Positions 1 through 7,977 of a stretch of DNA of 64,000 nucleotides are shown one piece after another (position 1 is the stretch's first letter; the number at the start of each line of letters is the position of its first letter). The translations under genes were made by a program, and so were the position numbers. Source of the DNA: Pseudomonadota bacterium (GTDB lineage: Bacteria; Bdellovibrionota; Bdellovibrionia; Bdellovibrionales; JACTMU01). Under the pieces are notes generated by a model. It saw nothing but the letters and a program-made list of their open reading frames with translations. It was not told the origin of the DNA and made no database searches. The DNA is taken from positions 95,333 through 159,332 of the forward strand of contig JACTMU010000012.1 in assembly GCA_014584465.1 (NCBI GenBank), written 5' to 3'.

Positions 1-847
1 CCGAGACTCGGGTCTTAAGTACTTCTTGAAGACTTTGAGCAGGACATGTTTCAGGAGAAGTGACATCATCTTCATTGGCTGCGAGAATGTACACGTGGAA
101 GCTATCCGGATATCGCTCTTTGGAATCCTGAATGGCCCTATAGAGCGTACATAGACCCTGTTCTTGATCTGATCCATCGGTATCAAGTTGATCGATTGAG
201 TTCGCATAAGAGGCAGTAAAATCGTCAAACTCAGTGTCATTCATCGAGTCACGAAATACGAGTTCCGACGATGCTCCAAAAGGAGACGAAAGAGAGTAGC
301 TGGTAATGAGTTTGTAGGGAGTCTCTTCGGGGATCAAATAGAATTCGCTCGTGTCGATCAGGTACTCCAGCCCCAAAAAGTCCATATAAGAGATCTGATG
401 GTCCTTTTTAAAAGAGGGAAGAGATCCACTTTCGTCTTGAGTGGTCGTGTAGAGGCTCATGGAACCATTAAAGCCCTTGAATATCTTTGAGACATTTTGA
501 AAGGCACTCTTAACATCCTGCTGAATTGGCTTCATGCTGTAGGAGTTATCAAGAATGGTTGTGACGTGAACATCTGGGCGATATTCTGTTGTTTGAGGAT
601 TGAGTTTAAGATCAAATTCGATAAAGGATTCTTCGATAGATCCTGATCCGGGAGGTTCTTCAGTAGGGGTGTCGGTGGCCTGAGGTCCGTTTGGATCTTC
701 TGTGCGATCGGGTTCTCTAAATTCGAGGTTTGTGGCATCTATGGCGCCGAAGTCAAAGGTGCCGCCACAGTTTTGATAGGAGACGATCATGGTCAGAATG
801 CAAGCCCAAATCAGAAGTTGGTTTGATCGATAGTCATTTCGAATCAT
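1..847 (-). CDS. vWA-domain lipoprotein, partial (3' end lies beyond the window start)
   Basis: Own translation of the minus strand from ATG 847..845: MIRNDYRSNQLLIWACILTMIVSYQNCGG... (signal peptide followed by Cys). The frame stays open to position 1. 'VTTILDNSYSMKP' carries the DxSxS MIDAS motif of von Willebrand A domains. It is absent from the ORF track because no stop codon falls inside the window. Confidence 0.6.
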   Translation of the reverse strand, partial: MIRNDYRSNQLLIWACILTMIVSYQNCGGTFDFGAIDATNLEFREPDRTEDPNGPQATDTPTEEPPGSGSIEESFIEFDLKLNPQTTEYRPDVHVTTILDNSYSMKPIQQDVKSAFQNVSKIFKGFNGSMSLYTTTQDESGSLPSFKKDHQISYMDFLGLEYLIDTSEFYLIPEETPYKLITSYSLSSPFGASSELVFRDSMNDTEFDDFTASYANSIDQLDTDGSDQEQGLCTLYRAIQDSKERYPDSFHVYILAANEDDVTSPETCPAQSLQEVLKTRVS

Positions 848-1108
848 GGCGTCTCCCTTATTTCTTGTCTCAAATTAAAACAGTGTCGACGAACCATATG
901 ATTTGAAATCAGATTTTTCCTACCTAGAGCTTTGTACATTCACTTTATGGGCCAACTCACGGGCCCGTTTAAGAGGGGCTGCCCCCATTCTACGTGTCAA
1001 ACTTGCTCACACTTAGCACCGGGGTGTACATGAAATATCGCGTATTATCAAATACTTACATGTGAAACAGGGGTGAATTGACGATGTCAACAACAAGACG
1101 TCTCAAAA

Positions 1109-1229
1109 AGTGCCAGGTTCCGTTTGCTGGACGCAGCGCTATCCAAGGCGATCGAACCTGTTTATCCTGTGAAACGTTGAGGGCCATCCGGAATTGATGC
1201 ATCATGCCCAGCAAACGGAACCTGGCACT
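1109..1229. repeat. 121-bp palindromic unit: perfect 22-bp inverted repeat around a 77-bp spacer
   Basis: Read directly. AGTGCCAGGTTCCGTTTGCTGG at 1109..1130 is the exact reverse complement of 1208..1229. The unit ends 3 nt before the MITE-like element. Confidence 0.85.
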
Positions 1230-1232
1230 ATT

Positions 1233-1417
1233 TAGGGGCTGTCCGGTAATTCCATTTTTGCCGATTTCTATAAGTTTTCCTTATACCTTCGTTGAGCCTC
1301 CTCGAGTTAGCGCCTCTGGCTAGCCCTAGCGCCTCTGGCTAGCCCTTCGTCGGCCCGCCTCGGTATAAGAAAAACTTATAGAAATCGATCAAAAAGCGAA
1401 TTACCGGACAGCCCCTA
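1233..1417. mobile_element. MITE-like palindromic element, full-length copy A (185 bp, non-coding)
   Basis: TAGGGGCTGTCCGGTAATT...AATTACCGGACAGCCCCTA. The terminal arms are ~55 bp (1233..1287 and 1362..1417) and about 90% complementary. In the central core the 19-mer TAGCGCCTCTGGCTAGCCC is tandemly duplicated (1308..1326, 1327..1345). Related copies sit at 16611, 29078 and 32175. Confidence 0.8.
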
Positions 1418-2191
1418 TTTAGAATCGTCGGTGACGAGAAGGATCTCAACTCTCCGATTCTTGGAGCGACCCTCTTCGGTTGCATTTGTGGCGATGGGCC
1501 GTTGATCGGCGTAAGAAAGGACGACGAGTTGCGAAGGCTTAAGAGCTGTATACTTGATCAGATAACGAACGATCTTTGCCGATCTTGCACCAGCAAGCTC
1601 CCAATTGCTCGGGTAGTTTGGAGACGAGATAGGCTGGTTGTCAGTATGGCCCTCTACTATGATTTTATTGGGAGCTTGACTTAGAATCTTAGCTATCTTT
1701 TCAAGCTCTTCATGAGCAGTGGGTCTTAACTTTGCAGAGCCAATGTCAAAGAGTGCAGAGGCGGCAAGGGATATGCGGGCACCGATGGCATCGTGGCGAA
1801 CTGTGAGTGAGAGGCCTTCTCCCGTTTTGCGTGAATCTTGCGAAGCTCCACCAAGTTGTCGCTTAAGGTAGTCTGCCAACTCGCTTGGTCCCGTCCCTTT
1901 CTTCGGAAAGAGATCCAGATCGACCTTGAGAGAAGCTCCCAATTGAGCCCCTTCATTGGTTGAACCGGGGCCAGAATTGCCATGGTTCTGGCTCTCCGGC
2001 AATCCTCCAAACCCCATTAGTGCAAAGGATCTCTTGATAGACTCCTCAAACTCCTTGCTCTTTTCAAGGTCTTTGTTGGAGATGGCATAGAGAACTGTGA
2101 AGAAGGCAAACAGTAGGGTTATGAAGTCAGCATAAGATACGAGCCAGCGTTCATGATTTTCCTGTTCACCGTGATGACGTCTCTTTCGCAC
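1415..2191 (-). CDS. motB: flagellar motor stator protein MotB (OmpA-like C-terminal domain)
   Basis: 258 aa. 'RWLVSYADFITLLFAFFTVLYAIS' is the MotB-type TM/plug region. The C-terminus 'GHTDNQPI...NWELAGARSAKIVRYL...NRRVEILL' is an OmpA-like peptidoglycan-binding motif. The start overlaps the motA stop by 1 nt. Confidence 0.9.
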   Translation of the reverse strand: MRKRRHHGEQENHERWLVSYADFITLLFAFFTVLYAISNKDLEKSKEFEESIKRSFALMGFGGLPESQNHGNSGPGSTNEGAQLGASLKVDLDLFPKKGTGPSELADYLKRQLGGASQDSRKTGEGLSLTVRHDAIGARISLAASALFDIGSAKLRPTAHEELEKIAKILSQAPNKIIVEGHTDNQPISSPNYPSNWELAGARSAKIVRYLIKYTALKPSQLVVLSYADQRPIATNATEEGRSKNRRVEILLVTDDSK

Positions 2192-2952
2192 TACTCTTTT
2201 TCTCTTTGACTTGGTATGAGAAATGCTTTGAGTTTCTCTCGCACAACGTAGGGCGTTTTTCCTTCAAGAGAAGCTAAAGCTCCCTCAAGAACCATCTCTT
2301 TGATCAGGAGTTGGTTTTGAATGACGCTTTTGAGTTTATTACCCAAAGGGAGAAAAAAGAGGTTTGCAAAGGCAACTCCATAGATGGTGGCCACAAAGGC
2401 AACGGCAATTCCTTCGCCAAGTTTTGATGTATCAGAAAGATTTCCCATGACATGTATCAGGCCGAGGACGGCTCCAAGTATTCCAATGGTTGGGGCAAAC
2501 CCGCCAGCATCACTCCATATCTTTGCTCCAGCATTGAGTCGACTCTCCTCAAAAATGATTTGAGCTTCTACAATCTCGCGAAGTCCTTGAGCATCAACTC
2601 CGTCAGCAACCAATCGAAAGACATTGCGCACTTCAGGATGATGAAAAGTTGCAATCTTTTTTTCTAGATCCACAAGATTCCCGGAATTCATTGTTTGCAC
2701 TGCGGATAGAGTGTCCGAGATGACCTCATTGATTTTGTGATCCTTACAAAAAAAAGCACTCTTTGTCAGGGTAATGCCATTTTTCAAATCTTCAAGCGAG
2801 GTCGAAACTAGGACTGCCCCAAATGTGCCTCCTAAGACAATGAGGGCGGCTGTACCTTGGATCATGTCTGCTATGTGACCACCTTCGAAGAATTGACCTA
2901 GAAGAACGGCTCCAAAGCCAATCGTCAATCCGAAGAGCGTGGTTTTATCCAT
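2191..2952 (-). CDS. motA: flagellar motor stator protein MotA (MotA/TolQ/ExbB proton channel family)
   Basis: 253 aa with multiple TM segments. The C-terminal segment 'APTIGILGAVLGLIHVMGNL...AFVATIYGVAFANLFFLPLGNKL' is typical of the family. It lies directly upstream of motB. Confidence 0.9.
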   Translation of the reverse strand: MDKTTLFGLTIGFGAVLLGQFFEGGHIADMIQGTAALIVLGGTFGAVLVSTSLEDLKNGITLTKSAFFCKDHKINEVISDTLSAVQTMNSGNLVDLEKKIATFHHPEVRNVFRLVADGVDAQGLREIVEAQIIFEESRLNAGAKIWSDAGGFAPTIGILGAVLGLIHVMGNLSDTSKLGEGIAVAFVATIYGVAFANLFFLPLGNKLKSVIQNQLLIKEMVLEGALASLEGKTPYVVREKLKAFLIPSQREKE

Positions 2953-3044
2953 TAAAGACCTCTCTGGCTGCCATCTCGAAAATGCGTTTCGTATGACAAC
3001 GACAATTTGATTTTGACGAACTTCTCTATTCTGACATATTGTAG

Positions 3045-3665
3045 GTGAATGTCGAACAGCTCAGGAGTGAGGACTATTCAAAAGTTGTGGTGGAACTTGT
3101 GAGATGGATTCTTGATTTAGACCAATGGCTCTTTGAGAAGATCAATCAACACTGGACCAACAGCTTGTTGGATATTGTAATGCCAATAGTGACAGATCTT
3201 ACAAAGATTTTGTGGGTGACCTACGGGATCATCCCTCTTGGAATTGGATTTTGGATCTACAAGCAGCGGCGTAAAGCTGTGCGAGTTGTCCTAGAGGTGG
3301 CATTGGTTTTGGCAATTTCAGATATGGTGGCTTTCCGAATCTTTAAGCCCATCTTTGAACGAGCGAGACCCTATCATGATTTGACGAATGCAATTCTTCG
3401 GACCTCCGAGCACGTCGGTCCGAGTTTTCCTTCAAACCATGCGACCAATTCCTTTGCGGTTGCAACACTCATTGTGCTTTATTACCCCAGACTGGCCCTT
3501 CCACTTTTTCTTTTGGCGGCACTGATCAGTTACAGTCGAGTTTATGTGGGGGTCCACTATCCTCTTGATGTGTGCGCAGGGGCCGCTTTGGGGACAGCGA
3601 TTGCATTGATCTTTCGTAAGGTCTCTGATCGAGCCACATTGTTTCTAACCCGGATCCGAAATTAG
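3045..3665 (+). CDS. PAP2-family membrane phosphatase
   Basis: 206 aa with a GTG start. PAP2 motifs are present: 'KPIFERARP', 'PSNH' and 'SRVYVGVHYPLDV'. Confidence 0.85.
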   Translation: MNVEQLRSEDYSKVVVELVRWILDLDQWLFEKINQHWTNSLLDIVMPIVTDLTKILWVTYGIIPLGIGFWIYKQRRKAVRVVLEVALVLAISDMVAFRIFKPIFERARPYHDLTNAILRTSEHVGPSFPSNHATNSFAVATLIVLYYPRLALPLFLLAALISYSRVYVGVHYPLDVCAGAALGTAIALIFRKVSDRATLFLTRIRN

Positions 3666-3674
3666 AAATGGAGA

Positions 3675-4142
3675 TCAAAAGTGGCGAAGCAGCAACTTGT
3701 CTTTGACCTGGCTCATCGTCATGGTGGTATGGCGAAGCCTACCACAGAGGAACTGAGCAATGGATCGATAAAACGGTGCTGCAATCGTAGGATTCTTCTC
3801 TAAGAGAGAACTCAAACCTTCATAGTTGATCTCTAAAAGTTTGGTAGCTTCAACTGCTGTCGCAGAGGCAGATCGGCTTTCACCATCTAGAAATGCCATC
3901 TCTCCAAAATGAAGACCCGTACCTAAAATTGAGATTTCAATGGCATCCCCCTCTGAACCTTCAAGATGAATTTTAACGGAGCCCATCTTTACAATGAAAA
4001 GTGAAGAGGCCTTGTCTCCCTGTGCAAAGATGTCCTGACCCGGTGAATAGAGTCGTTCCTTTGTAATTTTTTCAATCAACTCGAGAGCCTGTGGGGGCAT
4101 CTCTTTGAAGAAATAGAGGTTTTTGAGTAAATCGGTTGCCAT
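3675..4142 (-). CDS. cyclic-nucleotide-binding domain protein
   Basis: 155 aa. 'FGEMAFLDGESRSASATA' matches the FGE...R[ST]A phosphate-binding cassette of cNMP-binding domains. Confidence 0.8.
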   Translation of the reverse strand: MATDLLKNLYFFKEMPPQALELIEKITKERLYSPGQDIFAQGDKASSLFIVKMGSVKIHLEGSEGDAIEISILGTGLHFGEMAFLDGESRSASATAVEATKLLEINYEGLSSLLEKNPTIAAPFYRSIAQFLCGRLRHTTMTMSQVKDKLLLRHF

Positions 4143-4230
4143 AGGAGCCTCCTCGAGTTCATTCCAGTAGACATTTCACGGATGATTCTATATCTAACAT
4201 GAAACCCTTTGAACAGGAACAGGATCTAGG

Positions 4231-5226
4231 ATGGGGAATTCAACAAAAGTACTTGTAACTGGCGCCAGTGGTTTTTTGGGGCACTGGATGACTCGTTATC
4301 TTTTGGACCAAGGTCTTGAGGTCAGGGTCCTTTGTCGCCACTCGAGCGATCTTTCTGAATTGGAAGGATTGAAATATGAAAAGGCTCATGGAGATGTGAC
4401 CGCACCCAGTTCGTTGTTAACAGCAATGGACGGTGTGGATTCCGTATTTCATCTTGCTGGGGTCATTGCCTATTCTCGACAGCAGAGGTTTGCTATGGAG
4501 CGAGTCAATGTTCTTGGCACTTCCTACGTTGTAGAGGCTTGCCTTCAGAAGAGGATTCGACGACTGGTTCATTTGAGTTCCGTGACTGCCATTGGAGCAA
4601 GTTTTGATGGTAGGGAGCCGCTCAACGAGGAGTCTTCCTACAATCTGACCCACCTCAATCTAGGATATTTTGAGACCAAACGCGAAGCTGAAGAGTTGGT
4701 GAGACGTGCGGTGAACAGTCGGGGTTTGAACGCGGTGATATTGAATCCTGCAACGATTTACGGAGCAGGAGACGCTAAGAAGGGGAGTCGGAGTGTTCAA
4801 CTTAAAGTAGCCCGTGGCAAGTTTCCATTTTACACGTCGGGGGGGGTGAACGTCATAGCTGTTGAAGATGTCGTTGCGGCCATTTTCACGGCTTGGAAAA
4901 GCGCTCCCAGCGGAGAAAGATATATATTGGGTGGTGAGAACCTTACCATTAAGGAGCTCTTTACGATGATTGCCGAGGAGGCGCAGGTGAATCCGCCACG
5001 AATTTATCTACCCAATGGAGTGGTTCACAGCCTAGGAGTCTTCGGAGATTTCATGGAGCGTTTCGGCAGAAAGGCTCCAGTAAATGGTGAGAGTGCTTGG
5101 ACCTCAATCCTGTTTCATTGGTTTGACAACTCAAAGGCTAAGCGCGAGTTAGGCTTAAATCCTAAACCTGCCAGAGACGCAATTCGCGCGAGTTTGGCGT
5201 GGTCCAAGAAGAAGGGTCTTATATGA
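4231..5226 (+). CDS. NAD-dependent epimerase/dehydratase (extended SDR)
   Basis: 331 aa. Rossmann motif 'VLVTGASGFLGHW' and catalytic YxxxK as 'YFETK'. Confidence 0.85.
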   Translation: MGNSTKVLVTGASGFLGHWMTRYLLDQGLEVRVLCRHSSDLSELEGLKYEKAHGDVTAPSSLLTAMDGVDSVFHLAGVIAYSRQQRFAMERVNVLGTSYVVEACLQKRIRRLVHLSSVTAIGASFDGREPLNEESSYNLTHLNLGYFETKREAEELVRRAVNSRGLNAVILNPATIYGAGDAKKGSRSVQLKVARGKFPFYTSGGVNVIAVEDVVAAIFTAWKSAPSGERYILGGENLTIKELFTMIAEEAQVNPPRIYLPNGVVHSLGVFGDFMERFGRKAPVNGESAWTSILFHWFDNSKAKRELGLNPKPARDAIRASLAWSKKKGLI

Positions 5227-6038
5227 AGAAGGGTCGCTTTAAAATGCTGATCATCTTTTGTGCTTTGTCGGTGGTGGGGGGCTATTTCTATTGGCAATAT
5301 AGAGAGTTGCCGAAGGTTCAAACACTTCGCTCATGCTTTAAAACCACACTTCATGGAGTTGATCTATGCTCAAAGAGCGGTTCGTATGTGAAGCTAAATA
5401 ATATTTCCGTGCATTTGAAACAGGCTGTGATTGTTTCCGAAGATTCCTCCTTTTACTACCATGAGGGTTTTGATTTTGAGGAGATCAAAAGCAGCTTGAG
5501 TACAAATTTTAAGGCAAGGAAGTGGCTCAGGGGGGCGTCCACCATCTCTCAGCAACTGGTAAAGAATGCCTTTTTGAATTCCGAGAAGAGTTTGCTTCGA
5601 AAGGCCAAAGAGGCTCTGCTTACCTATCATTTAGAAAAAAGCTTCACAAAAGATCAGATTCTTGAGCTTTATCTGAACGTTGTGGAATGGGGGCCTAAGA
5701 TATTTGGGATCAGACAGGCTGCACGCTACTATTTTAATAAAGTGCCAGATGATCTGGAAGTCCTTGAGTCTGCGTTTTTGGCGTTTCTGCTACCGAATCC
5801 GAAGAAATATCAGGTAAGTTTTCAAAAGGGGGCGTTGACTCGATTTGCACGAAAGCGTGTCAAAGATATTTGTCGAAAACTCTATCTCCATCAACGAATC
5901 AGTCGAGAGGTGTTCAATCAAACTCTTCGTGAAATCGATGATTTCCCTTGGAATGGAAAAGTTGATGAAGAGCTAGAGGAAAATGAAACTGAAGATGAAG
6001 ATACAGAAGAAGAATTCGAAGAAGGTCTTGTAATTTAG
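5223..6038 (+). CDS. mtgA: monofunctional peptidoglycan glycosyltransferase
   Basis: GT51 motifs 'EDSSFYYHEGFDFEEI' and 'GASTISQQLVKN'. ATG 5223 overlaps the upstream TGA (ATGA), so I chose it over the ORF-track start at 5199. The C-terminal tail is acidic. Confidence 0.85.
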   Translation: MKKGRFKMLIIFCALSVVGGYFYWQYRELPKVQTLRSCFKTTLHGVDLCSKSGSYVKLNNISVHLKQAVIVSEDSSFYYHEGFDFEEIKSSLSTNFKARKWLRGASTISQQLVKNAFLNSEKSLLRKAKEALLTYHLEKSFTKDQILELYLNVVEWGPKIFGIRQAARYYFNKVPDDLEVLESAFLAFLLPNPKKYQVSFQKGALTRFARKRVKDICRKLYLHQRISREVFNQTLREIDDFPWNGKVDEELEENETEDEDTEEEFEEGLVI

Positions 6039-6040
6039 TG

Positions 6041-6119
6041 CCTATCGCGAAACTTCATTTTGGCGGATTCACTTTTGACATTTTTGTCTCCATGTCTAAT
6101 TTCGGATCCAGGTTCTAAC
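6041..6119. repeat. ~80-bp repeat (family 2), left copy of an inverted pair flanking dus plus the tRNA
   Basis: The reverse complement of 6041..6119 aligns with 7407..7490 at roughly 85% identity by eye. The shared block is GTTAGAACC..GATCYGAAATTAG..ATGGAGACAAAAATGTCAAAAGTGAAT. It contains TTGACA (6075..6080), a 16-nt spacer, then TAATTT (6097..6102) on the + strand. Confidence 0.8.
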
Positions 6120-7173
6120 CATGACCAGAGACAAATGGAAGTTGAGGTTCCAGTTTCATTTGTTGAGATTTGTCTTCGAAGAAGTCGGAGATGAGGTCCT
6201 TGGCTGTTTCTATAGAGGTGGCTTTGAAAATCTTTTCTCGAAAAGAGCTAGAATGTGAAAAGCCGTGAGAGTACCAAGAGGAGAGTTTCTTGAGTTGAAT
6301 GAGCGCACGATGGGCCTGTACCTCTTGTTCAAGATAAAGATGGATCATCTGAAAGAGTTCTTTGTAGTTAAGATCAGGGCGTAAAGGTTGCCCCTGAAAC
6401 AGTGAGAGGGACTTTTGAAAAATCCATGGATCCTTTAGGGCCCCTCGGCCGATCATGATGCCCAAATAGGGGGCTCTTTTGAGATTGGAGACGGCTGTGG
6501 CAGGATCCACCACATCTCCATTCCCAATGATTGGGATGGGACTTTGATGGCATATCCAATCCAGGTAGTTCCAATCGACCATTCCGGAGTACCCTGCCGA
6601 ACGTGTTCGACCATGAATGCTGAGCCATAGAAGCCCACACTGATGTGCGATCTTGGCCACTTCGAGACTGTTCTTTGAGTGTTCGTCCCATCCGATTCGA
6701 ATCTTTGCCGTCACTGGGATGCGAGAGCGCTCCCTAACGGCCGAAAAGATCTTTTCAACCTGCAGGAGATCCTTAAGAATCGCAGCGCCTCCACCCTTTC
6801 GCACGACCTTGGGCACTGGGCAGCCAAAGTTGAGATCTACAAAATCAAATCCAAGATCAGAGACAATTTGAGAGGCCTCCGCAAGATCTTCTGCCCTTTC
6901 ACCGAAGAGCTGAGCTCCTATAGGACGCTCTATTTCAGAATACTCAAGAAGGTCGAACGAACGTTGATTTTGATAGAGTAGACTGCATGCGGACACGAGT
7001 TCTGTGGTCAATACACCCGCGCCCAACTCTTTCATAAAAGAACGAAAGATCCTCCCCGTAATTCCAGCCATGGGAGCTAAAAGAAAAGGATTTCTAGACA
7101 GGTAAGTCGTAATGGGCACAGAACGATCAAACTCATCGCCCCTAGCCTCTGGAGTCAAATTCAAGATTGTCAC
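6115..7173 (-). CDS. dus: tRNA-dihydrouridine synthase
   Basis: 352 aa. Dus-family segments 'LLAPMAGITGRIFR', 'VDLNFGCPVPKV' and 'LSIHGRT' are present. The stop codon (6115..6117) lies inside the family-2 repeat. Confidence 0.9.
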   Translation of the reverse strand: MTILNLTPEARGDEFDRSVPITTYLSRNPFLLAPMAGITGRIFRSFMKELGAGVLTTELVSACSLLYQNQRSFDLLEYSEIERPIGAQLFGERAEDLAEASQIVSDLGFDFVDLNFGCPVPKVVRKGGGAAILKDLLQVEKIFSAVRERSRIPVTAKIRIGWDEHSKNSLEVAKIAHQCGLLWLSIHGRTRSAGYSGMVDWNYLDWICHQSPIPIIGNGDVVDPATAVSNLKRAPYLGIMIGRGALKDPWIFQKSLSLFQGQPLRPDLNYKELFQMIHLYLEQEVQAHRALIQLKKLSSWYSHGFSHSSSFREKIFKATSIETAKDLISDFFEDKSQQMKLEPQLPFVSGHG

Positions 7174-7194
7174 TCAAAAAATACCATAAAGAAA

Positions 7195-7268
7195 TGGGCC
7201 CACCAGGACTTGAACCTGGGACCCACAGATTATGAGTCTGTTGCTCTAACCAACTGAGCTATAGGCCC
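7195..7268 (-). tRNA. tRNA with CAU anticodon (Met, or Ile2 read via lysidine); CCA not encoded
   Basis: Minus-strand sequence: GGGCCTATAGCTCAGTTGGTTAGAGCAACAGACTCATAATCTGTGGGTCCCAGGTTCAAGTCCTGGTGGGCCCA. The acceptor stem GGGCCTA/TGGGCCC has 7 bp including one G-U pair. It also has D-arm GCTC..GAGC, anticodon loop CTCATAA and T-arm CCAGGTTCAAGTCCTGG. Confidence 0.9.
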
Positions 7269-7406
7269 CCAAACGTCCACACAGACTACTCGATTCTTCT
7301 TGAATTGGCAATGAATCCGAGTTCCTCAGAGGGAGTCTCCAGTAGTGCAACTCCGCGTCGTTGATCTGTCCGCGGAACTCTTTGAGGGCATCGATCTGGA
7401 TAGGAA

Positions 7407-7490
7407 GTTAGAACCCCGATCTGAAATTAGCAATGGAGACAAAAATGTCAAAAGTGAATTCCCGAAATGAGGTTTCGCACCAGGCACTAA
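7407..7490. repeat. ~80-bp repeat (family 2), right copy of the inverted pair
   Basis: See 6041..6119; the orientation here is opposite. Confidence 0.8.
7424..7451 (-). promoter_or_regulatory. sigma70-like promoter candidate for tRNA-CAU and dus
   Basis: The minus strand reads TTGACA (7451..7446), a 16-nt spacer, then TAATTT (7429..7424). It lies about 150 nt upstream of the tRNA 5' end. This rests on sequence pattern only. Confidence 0.35.
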
Positions 7491-7560
7491 AATAGGGTGG
7501 CCGAACAACGGTGAAGCTGTATGATGAGAGGGGGCGATTCCACTAATAAGGGGGTGAGTC

Positions 7561-7917
7561 ATGAGCGGGAATAGTTTCTATGGTCGGTGGAGGTCTCGAC
7601 TGTGTTGGCAGGGGTTGAAGTGTGCGCTCTTTGTTTTTGGAAACCTTGCTTTGCTTTCTTGTACATGTCCTGAGAGGAGTGCAAAAGCTGGCATGGTTGA
7701 AAGCGAACCAGTGCGAGAGGTTGACGTGGAGCCCATCCAGTGCCGATGGGTCGAGAACTACAAGGATAGTGATGGAAAGGCAGGCGACAAGGATGTTTTG
7801 GTTATTCAGCGTGCTCGTGAAATTGGTGCAAATGTTATTTATCGAGGCAAGAATCCAAAGGATCCGCGAAAAATGTACAGCTGCCCAAAAATTCTTGAGG
7901 GGGCAGGGAAAAAATGA
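7561..7917 (+). CDS. hypothetical small lipoprotein/secreted protein
   Basis: 118 aa. The hydrophobic N-terminus 'ALFVFGNLALLSC' has a lipobox-like LLSC. I recognise no family. Confidence 0.45.
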   Translation: MSGNSFYGRWRSRLCWQGLKCALFVFGNLALLSCTCPERSAKAGMVESEPVREVDVEPIQCRWVENYKDSDGKAGDKDVLVIQRAREIGANVIYRGKNPKDPRKMYSCPKILEGAGKK

Positions 7918-7977
7918 TCCGCTCGAAATGGTGATGCGATTGAGTTATAGTCCATTCAGAATTTTCCGAATGGACGA

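Noticed and set aside
1221-1232. TGGCAC sequences in the palindrome arms (also at 15902..15907) considered as sigma54 -24 elements.
   Set aside because: No TTGC-type -12 element sits at the required spacing in either case. The TGGCAC is explained by the palindrome itself.
1308-1345. Tandem 19-bp direct repeat considered as a mini-CRISPR or other repeat array.
   Set aside because: There are only two abutting units with no spacer, and they lie inside a palindromic element whose other copies carry one unit. It is a simple duplication.
2953-3044. A sigma28-type flagellar promoter upstream of motA.
   Set aside because: I found only a weak resemblance (TCAAAATC-N11-GTCATACG versus TAAAGTTT-N11-GCCGATAA), which is not enough to call.
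7432-7494. A 20-codon mini-ORF (METKMSKVNSRNEVSHQALK) inside the right family-2 repeat.
   Set aside because: The left copy encodes a different, 12-codon product (METKMSKVNPPK) because of indels. Conservation is therefore at the nucleotide level, not the peptide level.
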